Shown: positions 12,049-22,075 of the stretch, piece by piece
Numbering within the stretch: position 1 is the stretch's first letter
How the letters are laid out: each line of letters starts with the position of its first letter
Origin: Dehalococcoidia bacterium
Lineage (GTDB): Bacteria; Chloroflexota; Dehalococcoidia; Bin125
Assembly: GCA_007571275.1 (NCBI GenBank)
Contig: RKRS01000234.1
Location: 1-37,197 of the forward strand
DNA: 37,197 nt
Direction of reading: 5' to 3'
Notes under the pieces: generated by a model
Told to the model about the DNA's origin: nothing
The model's database searches: none
What the model saw: the letters and a program-made list of their open reading frames with translations, nothing else
Made by a program: the position numbers and the translations under genes

Positions 12049-13226
12049 CGAAAGAAAGCGGGGCCTTTGGGCCGTTCGGCGGTCAGTTTGCGCCCGAGAC
12101 GTTGATGCCAGCGCTGTTTGAGCTGGAAGCAGCCTGGTCAGAGGCTCAGGCTGATGCTGAGTTCCTCGCAGAGCTTGACAGTCTGTTGCGTGACTATGTT
12201 GGTCGTGAGACGCCGCTCACTCATGCTGCCCGCCTCTCGGAGCAGCTTGGCGGCGCACAGATTTGGCTCAAACGCGAAGACCTGGCCCACACTGGGGCGC
12301 ACAAGATCAACAACGCGCTCGGTCAGGTACTGCTGGCCAAGCGCATGGGCAAGCCGCGGATCATCGCCGAGACCGGCGCTGGTCAGCACGGCGTCGCCAC
12401 GGCGACGGCCTGTGCGCGCTTCGGCCTCGAGTGCGTCGTCTACATGGGCGCCGAGGATGTGCGACGGCAGGCGCTGAACGTCTTTCGCATGGGACTGCTG
12501 GGCGCTGAGGTCGTGCCTGTCGACTCCGGCGCGCGGACGCTCAAGGACGCGATCAATGAGGCGATCCGCGACTGGGTCACCAACGTGCGCACGACGCATT
12601 ACCTGATCGGCAGCGCGATCGGTCCGCATCCCTACCCCGTGATCGTGCGCGAATTGCAGTCCTGCATCGGACGCGAGGCCAGGCAGCAGCTACAGGAGAA
12701 GATCGGCAGGTTGCCTGATGTCGCCATCGCCTGCGTTGGCGGCGGTAGCAACGCGATCGGTCTGTTTCATCCACTCATCGATGATCCTGTCCGCCTGATC
12801 GGTGTTGAGGCTGCAGGCGAAGGCTTGGCGGCGCGTCACGCGGCGACCCTCTCCGCAGGATCGCCCGGAGTGCTACACGGCACACGCACCTACGTCCTTC
12901 AGGATGAACACGGCCAAATCACGGAAGCGCACTCGATCTCCGCCGGTCTCGATTACCCCGGCGTTGGCCCCGAGCACGCCTGGTTGATGTTGACTGAGCG
13001 AGCCGAGTATGTCTCGGTGACGGACGACGAAGCGCTCGAGGGGTTGAAACTCCTCTCGGAAACCGAGGGCATTATTCCTGCCCTGGAAACCGCGCACGCG
13101 ATCGCCTACGCAGCAACGTTGGCTCCGACCATGAGTTCGGATGAGACGATCCTGATCGGACTGTCAGGTCGTGGCGACAAGGACGTCGAGATCGTTCGCG
13201 ACGCATTGACGCTTCGCTCATCGTGA
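12045..13226 (+). CDS. trpB: Tryptophan synthase beta chain
   Basis: [16 protein letters not shown] (PLP Lys), [20 protein letters not shown]. The GTG start overlaps the trpF stop (GTGA). Confidence 0.95.
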   Translation: MTKESGAFGPFGGQFAPETLMPALFELEAAWSEAQADAEFLAELDSLLRDYVGRETPLTHAARLSEQLGGAQIWLKREDLAHTGAHKINNALGQVLLAKRMGKPRIIAETGAGQHGVATATACARFGLECVVYMGAEDVRRQALNVFRMGLLGAEVVPVDSGARTLKDAINEAIRDWVTNVRTTHYLIGSAIGPHPYPVIVRELQSCIGREARQQLQEKIGRLPDVAIACVGGGSNAIGLFHPLIDDPVRLIGVEAAGEGLAARHAATLSAGSPGVLHGTRTYVLQDEHGQITEAHSISAGLDYPGVGPEHAWLMLTERAEYVSVTDDEALEGLKLLSETEGIIPALETAHAIAYAATLAPTMSSDETILIGLSGRGDKDVEIVRDALTLRSS

Positions 13227-13972
13227 CAACCGGTGACCCGCAAGTAACGCAGCCTGTCCCCCAGCCCGAGGACCGCGGGATGGCCGGCTTCCGACTGATC
13301 GGCTGGGGATTGCTGTGCGCGCTGGGTTGGTTCGTGGTGTTGTTGGTCACTGGGTGGATCGTCGCAACCATCGATGGAGAGACCCCAGCGACCAGCGAAG
13401 CGGGAATGCTCGTTGAGGTGATCGGACAGGGAGTCGGAGGCATTGTCGGTTGGCTGGTGCTACCGAAGCTGGTTCTGCGGCGGCTCGGACAGTCTGCGCT
13501 CATCTCATGGCGACGTCCACAGCGCGCTGATTTCGCTTGGGCCGCCGGTGGACTGCTGGCGATCTATGCAGTGCTGTATGTCTACACGGCAATCGTCAGC
13601 GCCGCGGGTCTGGAGTCGCTGGAGCCGCAATCGACGATTGACGAAAGCCGACTGTACGTCCATACGTCAGTCATGGTTGGGTTGGGAATCCTGGTCATCG
13701 TCTGCGCGCCGATCTATGAGGAGGCCTTCGCGCGCGGCCTCCTGCTCGGAGGGTTACGACCCCACTGGGGTATGATTCCCGCGTTTCTCGTATCGTCATC
13801 AGTGTTTTCCGCGTTGCATGCCGATTTGGGCAGCCTGATTCCCTTTACCCTCGCCGGGGTGATACTGGGGGTCGTGTACTTGCGCAGCGGATCGCTGACC
13901 GCAGCCTCAATGACGCATGTCAGCTTCAACGTAATCGGCTTCTCCGCGACGCTGGTACAGCAACTTGGTTGA
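13223..13972 (+). CDS. CPBP family (CAAX/Abi-type) intramembrane glutamic metalloprotease
   Basis: 249 aa with multiple TM helices. The three CPBP motifs occur in order: EEAFAR (EExxxR), FSALHA (FxxxH), HVSFN (HxxxN). GTG 13223 overlaps the trpB stop (GTGA), and the ORF ends 21 nt before trpA. Confidence 0.75.
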   Translation: MTTGDPQVTQPVPQPEDRGMAGFRLIGWGLLCALGWFVVLLVTGWIVATIDGETPATSEAGMLVEVIGQGVGGIVGWLVLPKLVLRRLGQSALISWRRPQRADFAWAAGGLLAIYAVLYVYTAIVSAAGLESLEPQSTIDESRLYVHTSVMVGLGILVIVCAPIYEEAFARGLLLGGLRPHWGMIPAFLVSSSVFSALHADLGSLIPFTLAGVILGVVYLRSGSLTAASMTHVSFNVIGFSATLVQQLG

Positions 13973-13993
13973 CGCAATGTTGGATGGCACGGG

Positions 13994-14869
13994 ATGACTG
14001 AACTGGGCAGGCGCTACCGGGAGGCTTTTGATGCATCAGAGGCTCAGGGAGACGGCCCGTTGGTCTTTCCCTTCCTGGCTGCCGGATTTCCGTCGCCGGA
14101 GGAGACGCCGGACCTGGTTCGCGCCGCGCTCCGAGGCGGCGCTGGCGGACTGGAAATCGGCGTCCCGTTCTCAGACCCACTTGCCGATGGCCCCGCCCAT
14201 CAGCGGGCGTACACGGTCGCTCTCGCTGCGGGAGCGGCCCTGGAGACCGCGCTCGAGGCGGTCCGCTGCGCTCGTGAGGCGGCGCCCGATGCGCCGATCA
14301 CGCTGATGGGCTATCTCAATCCGTTTCTGTCCTTCGGAGCGTCGATCCGTAGCGCTATCGGTACACCCGGTGACGCAGTCGGTCAGCCGTTGGATGCGCT
14401 GGCGCAACGCATGGCTGAGGCAGGCGCTGACGGTGTAATCGTCGTCGACCTGCCGGTGGATGAGTCGGACGCGGCGCGTGAGGTCTTCGCCAGGCACGGA
14501 ATCTCGATGATCTATCTGCTGGCGCCTACTTCGACCGAGGAGCGGATTGCCGCTGTGGCGGAGCGAGCCTCAGGTTTCATCTACCTCGTCTCACTCACCG
14601 GAGTGACCGGCGCTCGCGAGCAGGTCGCCGCCGATTTTGAGGCGTTTGTCGGTCGGGTTCGCGCCTTGACTGATGCGCCGTTGGCAGTTGGCTTCGGCAT
14701 CAGCCGTCGCGAACATGTCGAAGAGGTCGGGAGATTGGTTCCTGCTGCTATTATCGGCTCAGCGCTGACCACAGCGATTGCGTCAGCGCCGAGCGATGGT
14801 CGCGTTGCGGCTGTCGAGCGATATCTCGAGGTGGTCACTGGCCGCCGGAGTGAAGAGACCAGCGAATGA
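13994..14869 (+). CDS. trpA: Tryptophan synthase alpha chain
   Basis: FLAAGFPS, LEIGVPFSDPLADGP and GFGIS motifs. 291 aa. Confidence 0.9.
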   Translation: MTELGRRYREAFDASEAQGDGPLVFPFLAAGFPSPEETPDLVRAALRGGAGGLEIGVPFSDPLADGPAHQRAYTVALAAGAALETALEAVRCAREAAPDAPITLMGYLNPFLSFGASIRSAIGTPGDAVGQPLDALAQRMAEAGADGVIVVDLPVDESDAAREVFARHGISMIYLLAPTSTEERIAAVAERASGFIYLVSLTGVTGAREQVAADFEAFVGRVRALTDAPLAVGFGISRREHVEEVGRLVPAAIIGSALTTAIASAPSDGRVAAVERYLEVVTGRRSEETSE

Positions 14870-15049
14870 ACAACCGCACCCAATCGGGACAGCCACTGTT
14901 CATCAGCTGCGTCTATATCTCCGCGGCCGGCGTCTTTGAGGCCGGTCGCTAGATCGCGTGCCGACGAGTCACGTTGGCGCGTTGATCGCACTGCTGCATC
15001 ACCCACCTGCCCCCACTCACTACCGCACGGAACCACTGAGCACCTGACG

Positions 15050-15454
15050 ATGCCGAACCATGAGCCTGAGGCTGTCTGGCGCTTGCGAGGCATTCGCGGC
15101 GCGACGACCGTCGCAACAAACTCACGCACCGACATCCTCGACGCTACCGAAGAGCTGTTGGGCGAGATGATCGTTCGCAACCGGATCGACGGCGGCGAAG
15201 TCGCCTCGGTCTGGTTCACGACCACGCCCGACCTCAATGCCGAGTTCCCGGCGGTTGTCGCGCGTCGCACGTTCAACTGGACGGACGCCGCGCTCATGTG
15301 CGGTCACGAGATGCAGGTACCCGGTTCGCTGTCCTCCTGTCTGAGGATCCTGCTACACGTCAATACGCCGCTGCGTCAGGATGAAGTCGAGCACGTCTAC
15401 CTGCGCGGGGCGCGAGTGTTGCGACCGGACTTGGCAGCGAATACCGGTGATTAA
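15050..15454 (+). CDS. aroH: Chorismate mutase, AroH class
   Basis: RGIRGATTV...[11 protein letters not shown]...VYL..A.VLRPDL is near-colinear with the Bacillus subtilis AroH pattern. ATG 15050 gives a protein of about 134 aa. The track start at 14936 is an upstream extension. Confidence 0.85.
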   Translation: MPNHEPEAVWRLRGIRGATTVATNSRTDILDATEELLGEMIVRNRIDGGEVASVWFTTTPDLNAEFPAVVARRTFNWTDAALMCGHEMQVPGSLSSCLRILLHVNTPLRQDEVEHVYLRGARVLRPDLAANTGD

Positions 15455-15527
15455 CGTTCAGTGGCGGCATGGCTGCCAAGATCCAGAAAGAACACGGTCA
15501 CAAACCGAGGAGCGAGAAGGTAACAAG

Positions 15528-16577
15528 ATGCTGATTGTCATGAAAATGGGCGCGACCGACGAGCAGGTTCGCGGCGTGCTCGCCAGGCTGAAGGAAGCCA
15601 ACCTCGAGGGTCATCTGTCTCCGGGCAAGGAGCGAGTGGTGATTGGCGCCGTCGGCGTCATCGGCGATCCGGACATTCGCTCCCAGATGGGACGCATGAG
15701 CGGTGTCGAGGAAGTGATCGCGATCTCACGTCCCTACAAGCTGACGGGTCGTGAGTTCCAGAAGAACGACACGGTGATTGAGGTCGGCGGCGTCAGGATC
15801 GGCGACGGCTCGATGGTCGTGATGGCCGGTCCCTGCTCGATCGAGAATGAAGAGCACATGGTCACGACCGCCAGGGCTGTGGCCGCCTCGGGCGCGCAGG
15901 TTCTGCGCGGCGGGGCCTTCAAGCCTCGCACGTCGCCGTACGCCTTCCGCGGGCTCGGGGAAGAAGGCCTGCAACACCTGGCCGCGGCTCGTGACGAGAC
16001 CGGCCTCCCGGTGATTACTGAGGTGATGGAAGCGCGCGACGTGGAACTGGTCGCGCGTTACGCCGACATCCTGCAAATCGGCACGCGCAACATGCAGAAC
16101 TTCATGTTGCTCGATGAGGTTGGACTGGCGCGTAAGCCAGTCATGCTCAAGCGCGGTCTCTCGGCCACAATCGACGAGTGGCTGCTGGCTGCCGAGTACA
16201 TCATGGCCAAGGGTAACCGCGACGTCATCCTCTGCGAGCGTGGTATCCGCACGTTTGAAACGTCGACCCGCAACACGCTGGATCTGTCCGCGATCCCGGT
16301 GGTCAAGCGACTGAGCCACCTGCCAATCGTCAGTGACCCCGCGCATGGCACCGGTCACTGGTATCTGGTCGAGCCGATGGCTCGCGCCTCCATGGCGGTC
16401 GGCGCCGATGGCCTCATGGTCGAAGTACATCCCAACCCTGACCACGCGCTGTCTGACGGTCCGCAGTCGCTGACGTTCGAGAACTTCGACTCGCTGATGC
16501 GTTCGCTCGATCGGGTCGGCGAGGCGGTCGGTCGTCCATTGGCGGCGCAGCCACAGCTGGCCGCGGTCGGTGACTAG
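15528..16577 (+). CDS. 3-deoxy-7-phosphoheptulonate (DAHP) synthase, class I-beta, with N-terminal ferredoxin-like/ACT regulatory domain
   Basis: The N-terminal ~70 aa ([23 protein letters not shown]...) resembles the Thermotoga-type regulatory domain. The catalytic core shows [42 protein letters not shown] 15528 has an upstream GAGGAG. Confidence 0.9.
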   Translation: MLIVMKMGATDEQVRGVLARLKEANLEGHLSPGKERVVIGAVGVIGDPDIRSQMGRMSGVEEVIAISRPYKLTGREFQKNDTVIEVGGVRIGDGSMVVMAGPCSIENEEHMVTTARAVAASGAQVLRGGAFKPRTSPYAFRGLGEEGLQHLAAARDETGLPVITEVMEARDVELVARYADILQIGTRNMQNFMLLDEVGLARKPVMLKRGLSATIDEWLLAAEYIMAKGNRDVILCERGIRTFETSTRNTLDLSAIPVVKRLSHLPIVSDPAHGTGHWYLVEPMARASMAVGADGLMVEVHPNPDHALSDGPQSLTFENFDSLMRSLDRVGEAVGRPLAAQPQLAAVGD

Positions 16578-16628
16578 GACAACAGCGTCGCGCGCAAATG
16601 TTCACGCCGATGAAAGCTGCTCGCCCCG

Positions 16629-17096
16629 CTACACCTCACTGGTCAGAGCGCGGCGGGCAGCCTCATCGCGTTGTTCGACGGCCTGCGAGCGTTCGCCCTG
16701 TTCGAGCTTGACTTCCAGCTGAGTGACCGCGGACGTGACCGAGGTCTGCATCGTGCGTAGCTGATCGTTGAGCCGCCGTAGCATCTCCAACGAGTATCGG
16801 TCTGCCTCCAGCGCCTGCGAGACCGCTTCGGCGGTCGCCTGTCCGCGGACCGCCGCGGCTTCCTGATTGGCGCGTGTGATGGTTTCCGTTGCTGACTGGT
16901 GAGCCTGGTCGACAATGCTCTGCGCCCGCGTCTCGGCTGCCTGCACCAGTTCGTGTACGGAAATCTGTTGCTCAGCGTCCTGTCTGGCCTGCTCGGCAAG
17001 GATGGCGGCCTCTTCCTGCGTATGACGAAGTAAACGCTCGCGTTCCTCGAGCAAACGTTGGGCGTGGTCGGCTGATGCTGGCGCAGCCATTCGCAA
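16629..17096 (-). CDS. Coiled-coil protein (Gln/Ala/Glu-rich). The coding frame probably extends N-terminally to about 17216 (see findings)
   Basis: 155-aa ORF from TTG 17096 with heptad-like Q/E/A/R composition. The same frame stays open to 17249 and encodes a plausible conserved N-terminal segment. Confidence 0.6.
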   Translation of the reverse strand: MRMAAPASADHAQRLLEERERLLRHTQEEAAILAEQARQDAEQQISVHELVQAAETRAQSIVDQAHQSATETITRANQEAAAVRGQATAEAVSQALEADRYSLEMLRRLNDQLRTMQTSVTSAVTQLEVKLEQGERSQAVEQRDEAARRALTSEV

Positions 17097-17288
17097 TTGG
17101 TCGATGAGGTCGAGCAGTTGCTCGCGGTCGATGGTCCAGCCCGAGCCAAAACGGCTACGCCGCCCGGCGAGTATCGCCGCTTCGATCTGGTCGATCAGTT
17201 CTAGGAGGTCGATGATGAGCTCCTGCTCAGAATCCCGCCAGTACTGACTCTAGCGCGGGCGCGAGCGTGCGGATCAGTCAGGCAGATA

Positions 17289-17771
17289 TCAGCGCCGTGG
17301 AGGGCCGTATCTCTCGATCAGCGCTTCGGCGACGTTCGGCGGTACCAGGTCATCGACTGGATGCTTGAGGTAGGCAAGCTCGCGAATCCGGCTCGCGGAG
17401 ATGAACAGATGCTCATGTCCGGCCATCAGGAACACCGACTCGATGTGCGGGGCCATTTTCTTGTTCATCAGAGCCATATCGAACTCGGCTTCGAAGCCGG
17501 TGACGGCCCGAATCCCACGCACGAGCACGCTGGCCCCAACCTCATCGGCAAAGTTCACTACGAGTCCAGTGAATTTGGCCGCGCGAACGTTGTGACAATG
17601 CTTCGTCGCGCCTTCGATCATGGCAAGACGCTCATCGACACTGAAGGTTTCGCTTGAGCGTGGGTATATGGCCATCACGACCTCATCAAACATCCCTGCA
17701 GCGCGCTGCACGATGTCGAGATGACCGTTCGTGATGGGGTCGAAGCCGCCTGGGTAGAGCGCGATCGTCAT
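17289..17771 (-). CDS. coaD: Phosphopantetheine adenylyltransferase
   Basis: YPGGFDPITNGHLDIV (T/HxGH motif), 160 aa, ISASRIRE. Confidence 0.9.
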   Translation of the reverse strand: MTIALYPGGFDPITNGHLDIVQRAAGMFDEVVMAIYPRSSETFSVDERLAMIEGATKHCHNVRAAKFTGLVVNFADEVGASVLVRGIRAVTGFEAEFDMALMNKKMAPHIESVFLMAGHEHLFISASRIRELAYLKHPVDDLVPPNVAEALIERYGPPRR

Positions 17772-18349
17772 GTCAAGGCCTCCGCGCGATACGTGTCGAT
17801 AGCGCCGTCACCATAGCGCCGTTGATCAATTCGTACTAGTCCACCGATCTGTTCTGGCGGGGGTGGCACGCCTCCCGAGGCTCTCATCAGTCGTCGCCAG
17901 ATGGCGATCGCGCCTTCAGGAAAGTTTGCTCGTTCAACAAGCGTCTCAATCACCGGGCGCGCGTCGACGCGATACGGCGGGTCGATGAAAATCAGGTCAG
18001 GATCAAGTGGGATCCGAGAGAAGCAACGCTCGACCGGCAGTCGATGAACCCGCGCCCGCTCGCTGAGGTCGAGCCCGTCGAGATTACGCCGAATCACGGC
18101 GCAGGCGGGGCCGTTGCGCTCCACGAAATCGACCGTCGCCGCTCCGCGGCTCAACGCTTCGATACCGAGATATCCGGCTCCTGCGTAGAGATCAAGAACG
18201 CACGCGCCCTCAACGAGATCACGGATCTCGGGGCGATCGAAGATGGCTGATCTGAGAATCGCTGTGGCTGGTCTGGTGCCGTTCGCAGGCGAGCGCAGCC
18301 GCCGGCCTGCCAGCGCTCCGCCCACAATCCGCGGATGTGACTGTGACAC
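17768..18349 (-). CDS. rsmD: 16S rRNA (guanine966-N2)-methyltransferase
   Basis: RPATAILRSAIF, LDLYAGAGYLGIEALSRGA (SAM motif I) and FIDPPY motif IV. ATGA overlap with coaD. Confidence 0.85.
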   Translation of the reverse strand: MSQSHPRIVGGALAGRRLRSPANGTRPATAILRSAIFDRPEIRDLVEGACVLDLYAGAGYLGIEALSRGAATVDFVERNGPACAVIRRNLDGLDLSERARVHRLPVERCFSRIPLDPDLIFIDPPYRVDARPVIETLVERANFPEGAIAIWRRLMRASGGVPPPPEQIGGLVRIDQRRYGDGAIDTYRAEALT

Positions 18350-20206
18350 TTACTCCTGCTCCTCTGTGCGGACAGGAACGGTGATGACGTGTCCCACGCG
18401 AACATCGCCGTCGGAAACGATCAGCTGCGCGCGATAGTCCCCCGCTATTGCCGGCAAGTCCCAGAACTGCCAGCCATTGCCGCTGCTGCCTGAGAGTTCG
18501 CCAGCTTCCACGCTGAAGACCGGATCGAACAGGATCGAGTTGGGTCGCCGTAGGTCAGGAATGCCCGATTCGAAGAACGCGGCAATCGCTGGCCAGAGAT
18601 TCGCGTTGCCTGCGTCCGCTGAGACATTGCTGACATACACGCCGCCCAACTCCCAGTCGGAAACGACCCGCAGTTGAAACGCCGCGCTGAAGCGGTTGTG
18701 AATCCAGATGGTGACAGCAGACCGATTCTGATCGGGATAGGTGAAGCTCACCACATGGTTGAGGTTGTCCCAACGCAGTCCGCTTGCCTGATTGTCCAGC
18801 ATGATCGAGTTGCCCTGCAGCGTCACGCGAGTGCCTGGACGGAATGGGCCGGGCTCGCGGATGCTGAGTAGCGACGCGATCTCCAGTGCGTCTCGCTGCG
18901 AGATCTGGCTGAATCCTGTCGCTGTGCGAACGATCGAATTGGACTGTAGGGCCAGGAGCAATTTGTTCGATTCGATCCGTTCCAGCAGGGTGGGCAGCGA
19001 TGCGTCGATCGAGGCCTGAAACGCGGTGGGGTCGAGCGGCGGCTCGATCACAATGAAGTCAGCGGACGCTCCGAGCTGCGAGAAGTCGTATGCCCCCTCT
19101 CCGGCGCCCCCGGATGCATTAATCGGAATGTGCACCGAGATCCCGCGATCGTCACGATGTAGCCGATCGGCGAGTTCGCTGATGAACGATGTGAACTGCG
19201 AACGCAGCGATGGCGCGACGTTCAGATAGTGAATGTCGACCCCGTCGTGCTGTCCGTGTTGGATCGCGTGCTGAATGTTGGCAATGTGCTGTCGGCGTAG
19301 ATCGTCGGAAGCCAGGATGTCGTTGACCAACTCAGCCTGATCCGCGTCGGCGTAGACCGTGGGCCAGACGTTTTGCGCGATCACCGCAGCCGGCAAATCA
19401 ACCTGACCCAGTACTGAGCCGTCGGCAGCCGGCTGCCAGCCATCGGGGTGGAGAATGGTCAGCGAGCCGGCGAGGATCGATTGCGGTTCTTCCCCGCGCG
19501 GCACACGACCGGCGATAACGTCACGGAATTGAAGACGGCGCAGAATCACCAGGTTGTCCGGCGTTTCTGGCAGCACGATCCGCGCCGAAATGCCATCACT
19601 GCTGAGCGTGGCGTCGCCGAGGCGCACCCAATCCTCGCCGTTCCAGGTGTACGCGCCGAGGTTTCGGGGGTCCTGAGTTGGAGTCGTCAGGCGAAGCGTG
19701 AATTCGAATGGACCGAGCTGTCCATCGGGCACGCGCAGCTCGTAGATCGGCGAGGCGACGCCAAGTATGTCAGGAACTGGTGGCGCCTCTTGATGTAGCC
19801 ATCCCTCATAGGATGCCGGCGCGAGCGTCGCGGTCTCGCTGACTTCGGCGACTGCGGATGACTGGTCGCCCGAATTAAAGCCCGTCTCGACCAGACCGGG
19901 CTCGAAGAACAGCACGATCACCGCAGCGACGAGCAGCGCGGCGATGAGCATGATCAGCAGAACGCCAAACCCACGATTGGCAGGTTGGCTTGCTCGCGGT
20001 GGGTAGCGTCTGCCTGGACTGCCGGACTGGCGTCTCTGCCGCGGAGCTTCAGGTACTGGCGGTGGAGGCTGTTCCGGGGGAGGATCGAACGGCGCCGGTG
20101 CGGGAGGGCGCCGCGCGCGTTGTGGACGTCGCGCAGGCTCAGGCGGTGGTTCACCAATTCGTCGTACCGGTCGCGGCTGCCAGTTGCCGCCTTCTGGGGT
20201 CGTCAC
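18350..20206 (-). CDS. Membrane-anchored protein with Pro-rich cytoplasmic N-terminus and GH18-like (chitinase-fold) ectodomain lacking the catalytic DxDxE
   Basis: 618 aa. The N-terminal ~85 aa are Pro/Arg-rich, followed by a single TM helix (FGVLLIMLIAALLVAAVIVLFF). An internal block HDGVDIHYLN aligns to the GH18 signature DG[IVL]D[IL]D[WF]E but has H and L at the acid positions. The GTG start overlaps the upstream protease stop. Confidence 0.55.
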   Translation of the reverse strand: MTTPEGGNWQPRPVRRIGEPPPEPARRPQRARRPPAPAPFDPPPEQPPPPVPEAPRQRRQSGSPGRRYPPRASQPANRGFGVLLIMLIAALLVAAVIVLFFEPGLVETGFNSGDQSSAVAEVSETATLAPASYEGWLHQEAPPVPDILGVASPIYELRVPDGQLGPFEFTLRLTTPTQDPRNLGAYTWNGEDWVRLGDATLSSDGISARIVLPETPDNLVILRRLQFRDVIAGRVPRGEEPQSILAGSLTILHPDGWQPAADGSVLGQVDLPAAVIAQNVWPTVYADADQAELVNDILASDDLRRQHIANIQHAIQHGQHDGVDIHYLNVAPSLRSQFTSFISELADRLHRDDRGISVHIPINASGGAGEGAYDFSQLGASADFIVIEPPLDPTAFQASIDASLPTLLERIESNKLLLALQSNSIVRTATGFSQISQRDALEIASLLSIREPGPFRPGTRVTLQGNSIMLDNQASGLRWDNLNHVVSFTYPDQNRSAVTIWIHNRFSAAFQLRVVSDWELGGVYVSNVSADAGNANLWPAIAAFFESGIPDLRRPNSILFDPVFSVEAGELSGSSGNGWQFWDLPAIAGDYRAQLIVSDGDVRVGHVITVPVRTEEQE

Positions 20207-21387
20207 GGCGCTCGCAAGTCCGGTGTGATGCTGAGCTGGTAGTCCTCGCCGCCACGATGAATCTGCACGAGCACCGGCACATTCGGTTTAATCGTCGACA
20301 GGGCGTTCAGGTATGGCGTCTCGGCGTTGATTGCAACCCCATTGAGCACTCGCAGGACATCACCCGGCCTGATCCCGGCCTGGGCGAACGCTCCCACCCG
20401 CGTCAGCTCGATGATGAACGATCCCTCGGTCACTTCCAGATCCAGCTGCGCCGCCGCCGCGGGTGTCAGGAGGCGCTCGTTCACGACGCCGAAGGTGGGG
20501 CGAGGGTAGAAGCCGTCTTCGGCGATCGCACGGGCCACTTCGAGCAGCGGGTCAATCTGGATGGCGAAGCCGACGCCATCGACAAAACCACCGTCATGGG
20601 TCTCTCGAGCAATCACCGCGGTCATGCCAACAATGTCGCCATCAAGATCGACCAGGACGCCGCCGGAGTTGCCGTGATTGAGCGCAGCATCGGTCTGAAT
20701 CAGGTTGTCCTGCTCATATCGTTCGCGGAAAAACGTGGTATCAGGATCGCTGACGACCCCGGACGTAACAGCGATTTCCTCTCCTAACAGGGTATTGCCG
20801 ATCGCTAGCACCGTCTCACCGGCCTGGACCGTTTGCGACTGCCCAAAGCTTGGCACCACCAACGGCTCTGCCGTTTCATCGACTTCGATCCAGAGCACCG
20901 CGACATCGGAAAATGGCCGATCATCACTGACTCGTTGCGCCGCATGGCGCTCGCCATTGTGCAGGATGACCGTGAAGCTGGTCATGCCCTCCAGCACGTG
21001 GGCCGCGGTCACGATGTGTCCCGCCTGATCGAGCACAAAGCCGGTCGCCAGCGCGGCAGGAACGACCACCACGCCATCCTCATTGGTGCGCTCTGGTCCT
21101 TCGGCGTCAATCACTACGACTGACTTCGAGATCTGTTCAAAGATCTCTGCGATCCGATACTGCTGAGTAGTGACCGCGCTATCGAGCTGGGCCTGCAATG
21201 CGCTGGTCGATCGTTGAGCCGCCTGTTCGACAGCCTGCTCCACCGCTGTCTCCACCGACGCCGCAATCGCGGCGTCCAGTTCTTCTGGCGTGATCTCGTT
21301 GCCAGGGGAGAGAATCGAGGCGATCACAGCCCCGCACACTGCCCCGATCAACGCTGAAACCGTGACGATTGTGAAAATGTGACGCAC
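20203..21387 (-). CDS. HtrA/DegP-family trypsin-like serine protease with C-terminal PDZ domain
   Basis: N-terminal TM anchor, TAAHV (His), GNSGGVLVD (Ser), and a PDZ-like GIRPGDVLRVLNGVAI. Confidence 0.85.
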   Translation of the reverse strand: MRHIFTIVTVSALIGAVCGAVIASILSPGNEITPEELDAAIAASVETAVEQAVEQAAQRSTSALQAQLDSAVTTQQYRIAEIFEQISKSVVVIDAEGPERTNEDGVVVVPAALATGFVLDQAGHIVTAAHVLEGMTSFTVILHNGERHAAQRVSDDRPFSDVAVLWIEVDETAEPLVVPSFGQSQTVQAGETVLAIGNTLLGEEIAVTSGVVSDPDTTFFRERYEQDNLIQTDAALNHGNSGGVLVDLDGDIVGMTAVIARETHDGGFVDGVGFAIQIDPLLEVARAIAEDGFYPRPTFGVVNERLLTPAAAAQLDLEVTEGSFIIELTRVGAFAQAGIRPGDVLRVLNGVAINAETPYLNALSTIKPNVPVLVQIHRGGEDYQLSITPDLRAP

Positions 21388-21475
21388 GTTACAGGACAGT
21401 CTCAGTGTCAGAGACGGGATTGCCGATCTTGGGTGCTATCGTAACCTGCCATAAGTCGTTCGACTTTTCGAAGGT

Positions 21476-21976
21476 TTGAATGGTCAGGTATCACCCGTGG
21501 TACTCAGAAGATCAGTGCCCATTACAGCAGATGGTCTGCAGCGGTTGCGGGACGAGTTGGTCAATCTCAAGGAACGCCGCCGCGAAACAGCCGAGCTGAT
21601 TCAGCAATCTCGCGAGGATTCCCCCGGCGCCCGCGACGAAGGCGACGGCAACGAGACCAAGAACGAGCAGGGCTTCATCGAAGGCCGGATTCGCGAGATC
21701 GAGGCGATCATCGCTGCGGCCGAGGTGATCGACGAACAGGAAATCCAGGGATCGGACGTGGTCCGGCTCGGATCGACTGTCACGGTACGACCACTACCGA
21801 AGCGTACAGATGTCAACTACCGAATCGTGGGCCCCGCGGAGGTCGACCCAAAGAATGGGTTCCTCTCGGATGAATCGCCCGTCGGCAAGGCCCTGCTCGG
21901 CGCCAAAGTTGGCGACACGGTGGAAGTCGCGACGCCAACCGGCGTGCGCAAGTTCCGGGTCAAGGCAATTTCTTAG
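21476..21976 (+). CDS. greA: Transcription elongation factor GreA
   Basis: ITADGLQRLRDEL coiled-coil N-domain. The C-domain reads RLGSTVTV...YRIVGPAEVDP..G.LSDESPVGKALLGAKVGDTVEV. The start is uncertain (TTG 21476, GTG 21497 or GTG 21515). Confidence 0.85.
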   Translation: MNGQVSPVVLRRSVPITADGLQRLRDELVNLKERRRETAELIQQSREDSPGARDEGDGNETKNEQGFIEGRIREIEAIIAAAEVIDEQEIQGSDVVRLGSTVTVRPLPKRTDVNYRIVGPAEVDPKNGFLSDESPVGKALLGAKVGDTVEVATPTGVRKFRVKAIS

Positions 21977-22075
21977 TCGAGTGCGGTCTCCCCACTCAGC
22001 CTCGATACGGCGGTCGGGAGACCGCCCGCAATCACGAGGCGTGCGCCAGATGGTCATGTCAAGGGAGCATCCAGG

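Noticed and set aside
14870-15049. 180-nt gap between trpA and aroH with a 9-bp stem (GCGGCCGGC-n9-GCCGGTCGC, around 14922-14948), considered as a terminator or attenuator
   Set aside because: There is no U-tract, I could not recognise promoter hexamers, and a single imperfect GC stem is expected by chance at this GC content. I left it unannotated.
16643-17149. 168-aa - strand ORF overlapping the coiled-coil gene in another frame
   Set aside because: It is Arg/Ser/Pro-rich with no periodicity. The other frame gives a clean heptad-like coiled coil and a protein-like N-terminal extension.
19990-20787. 265-aa + strand ORF
   Set aside because: It is antisense to the well-supported HtrA protease and the GH18-like gene, has Arg/Ala-rich composition, and has no recognisable motifs.
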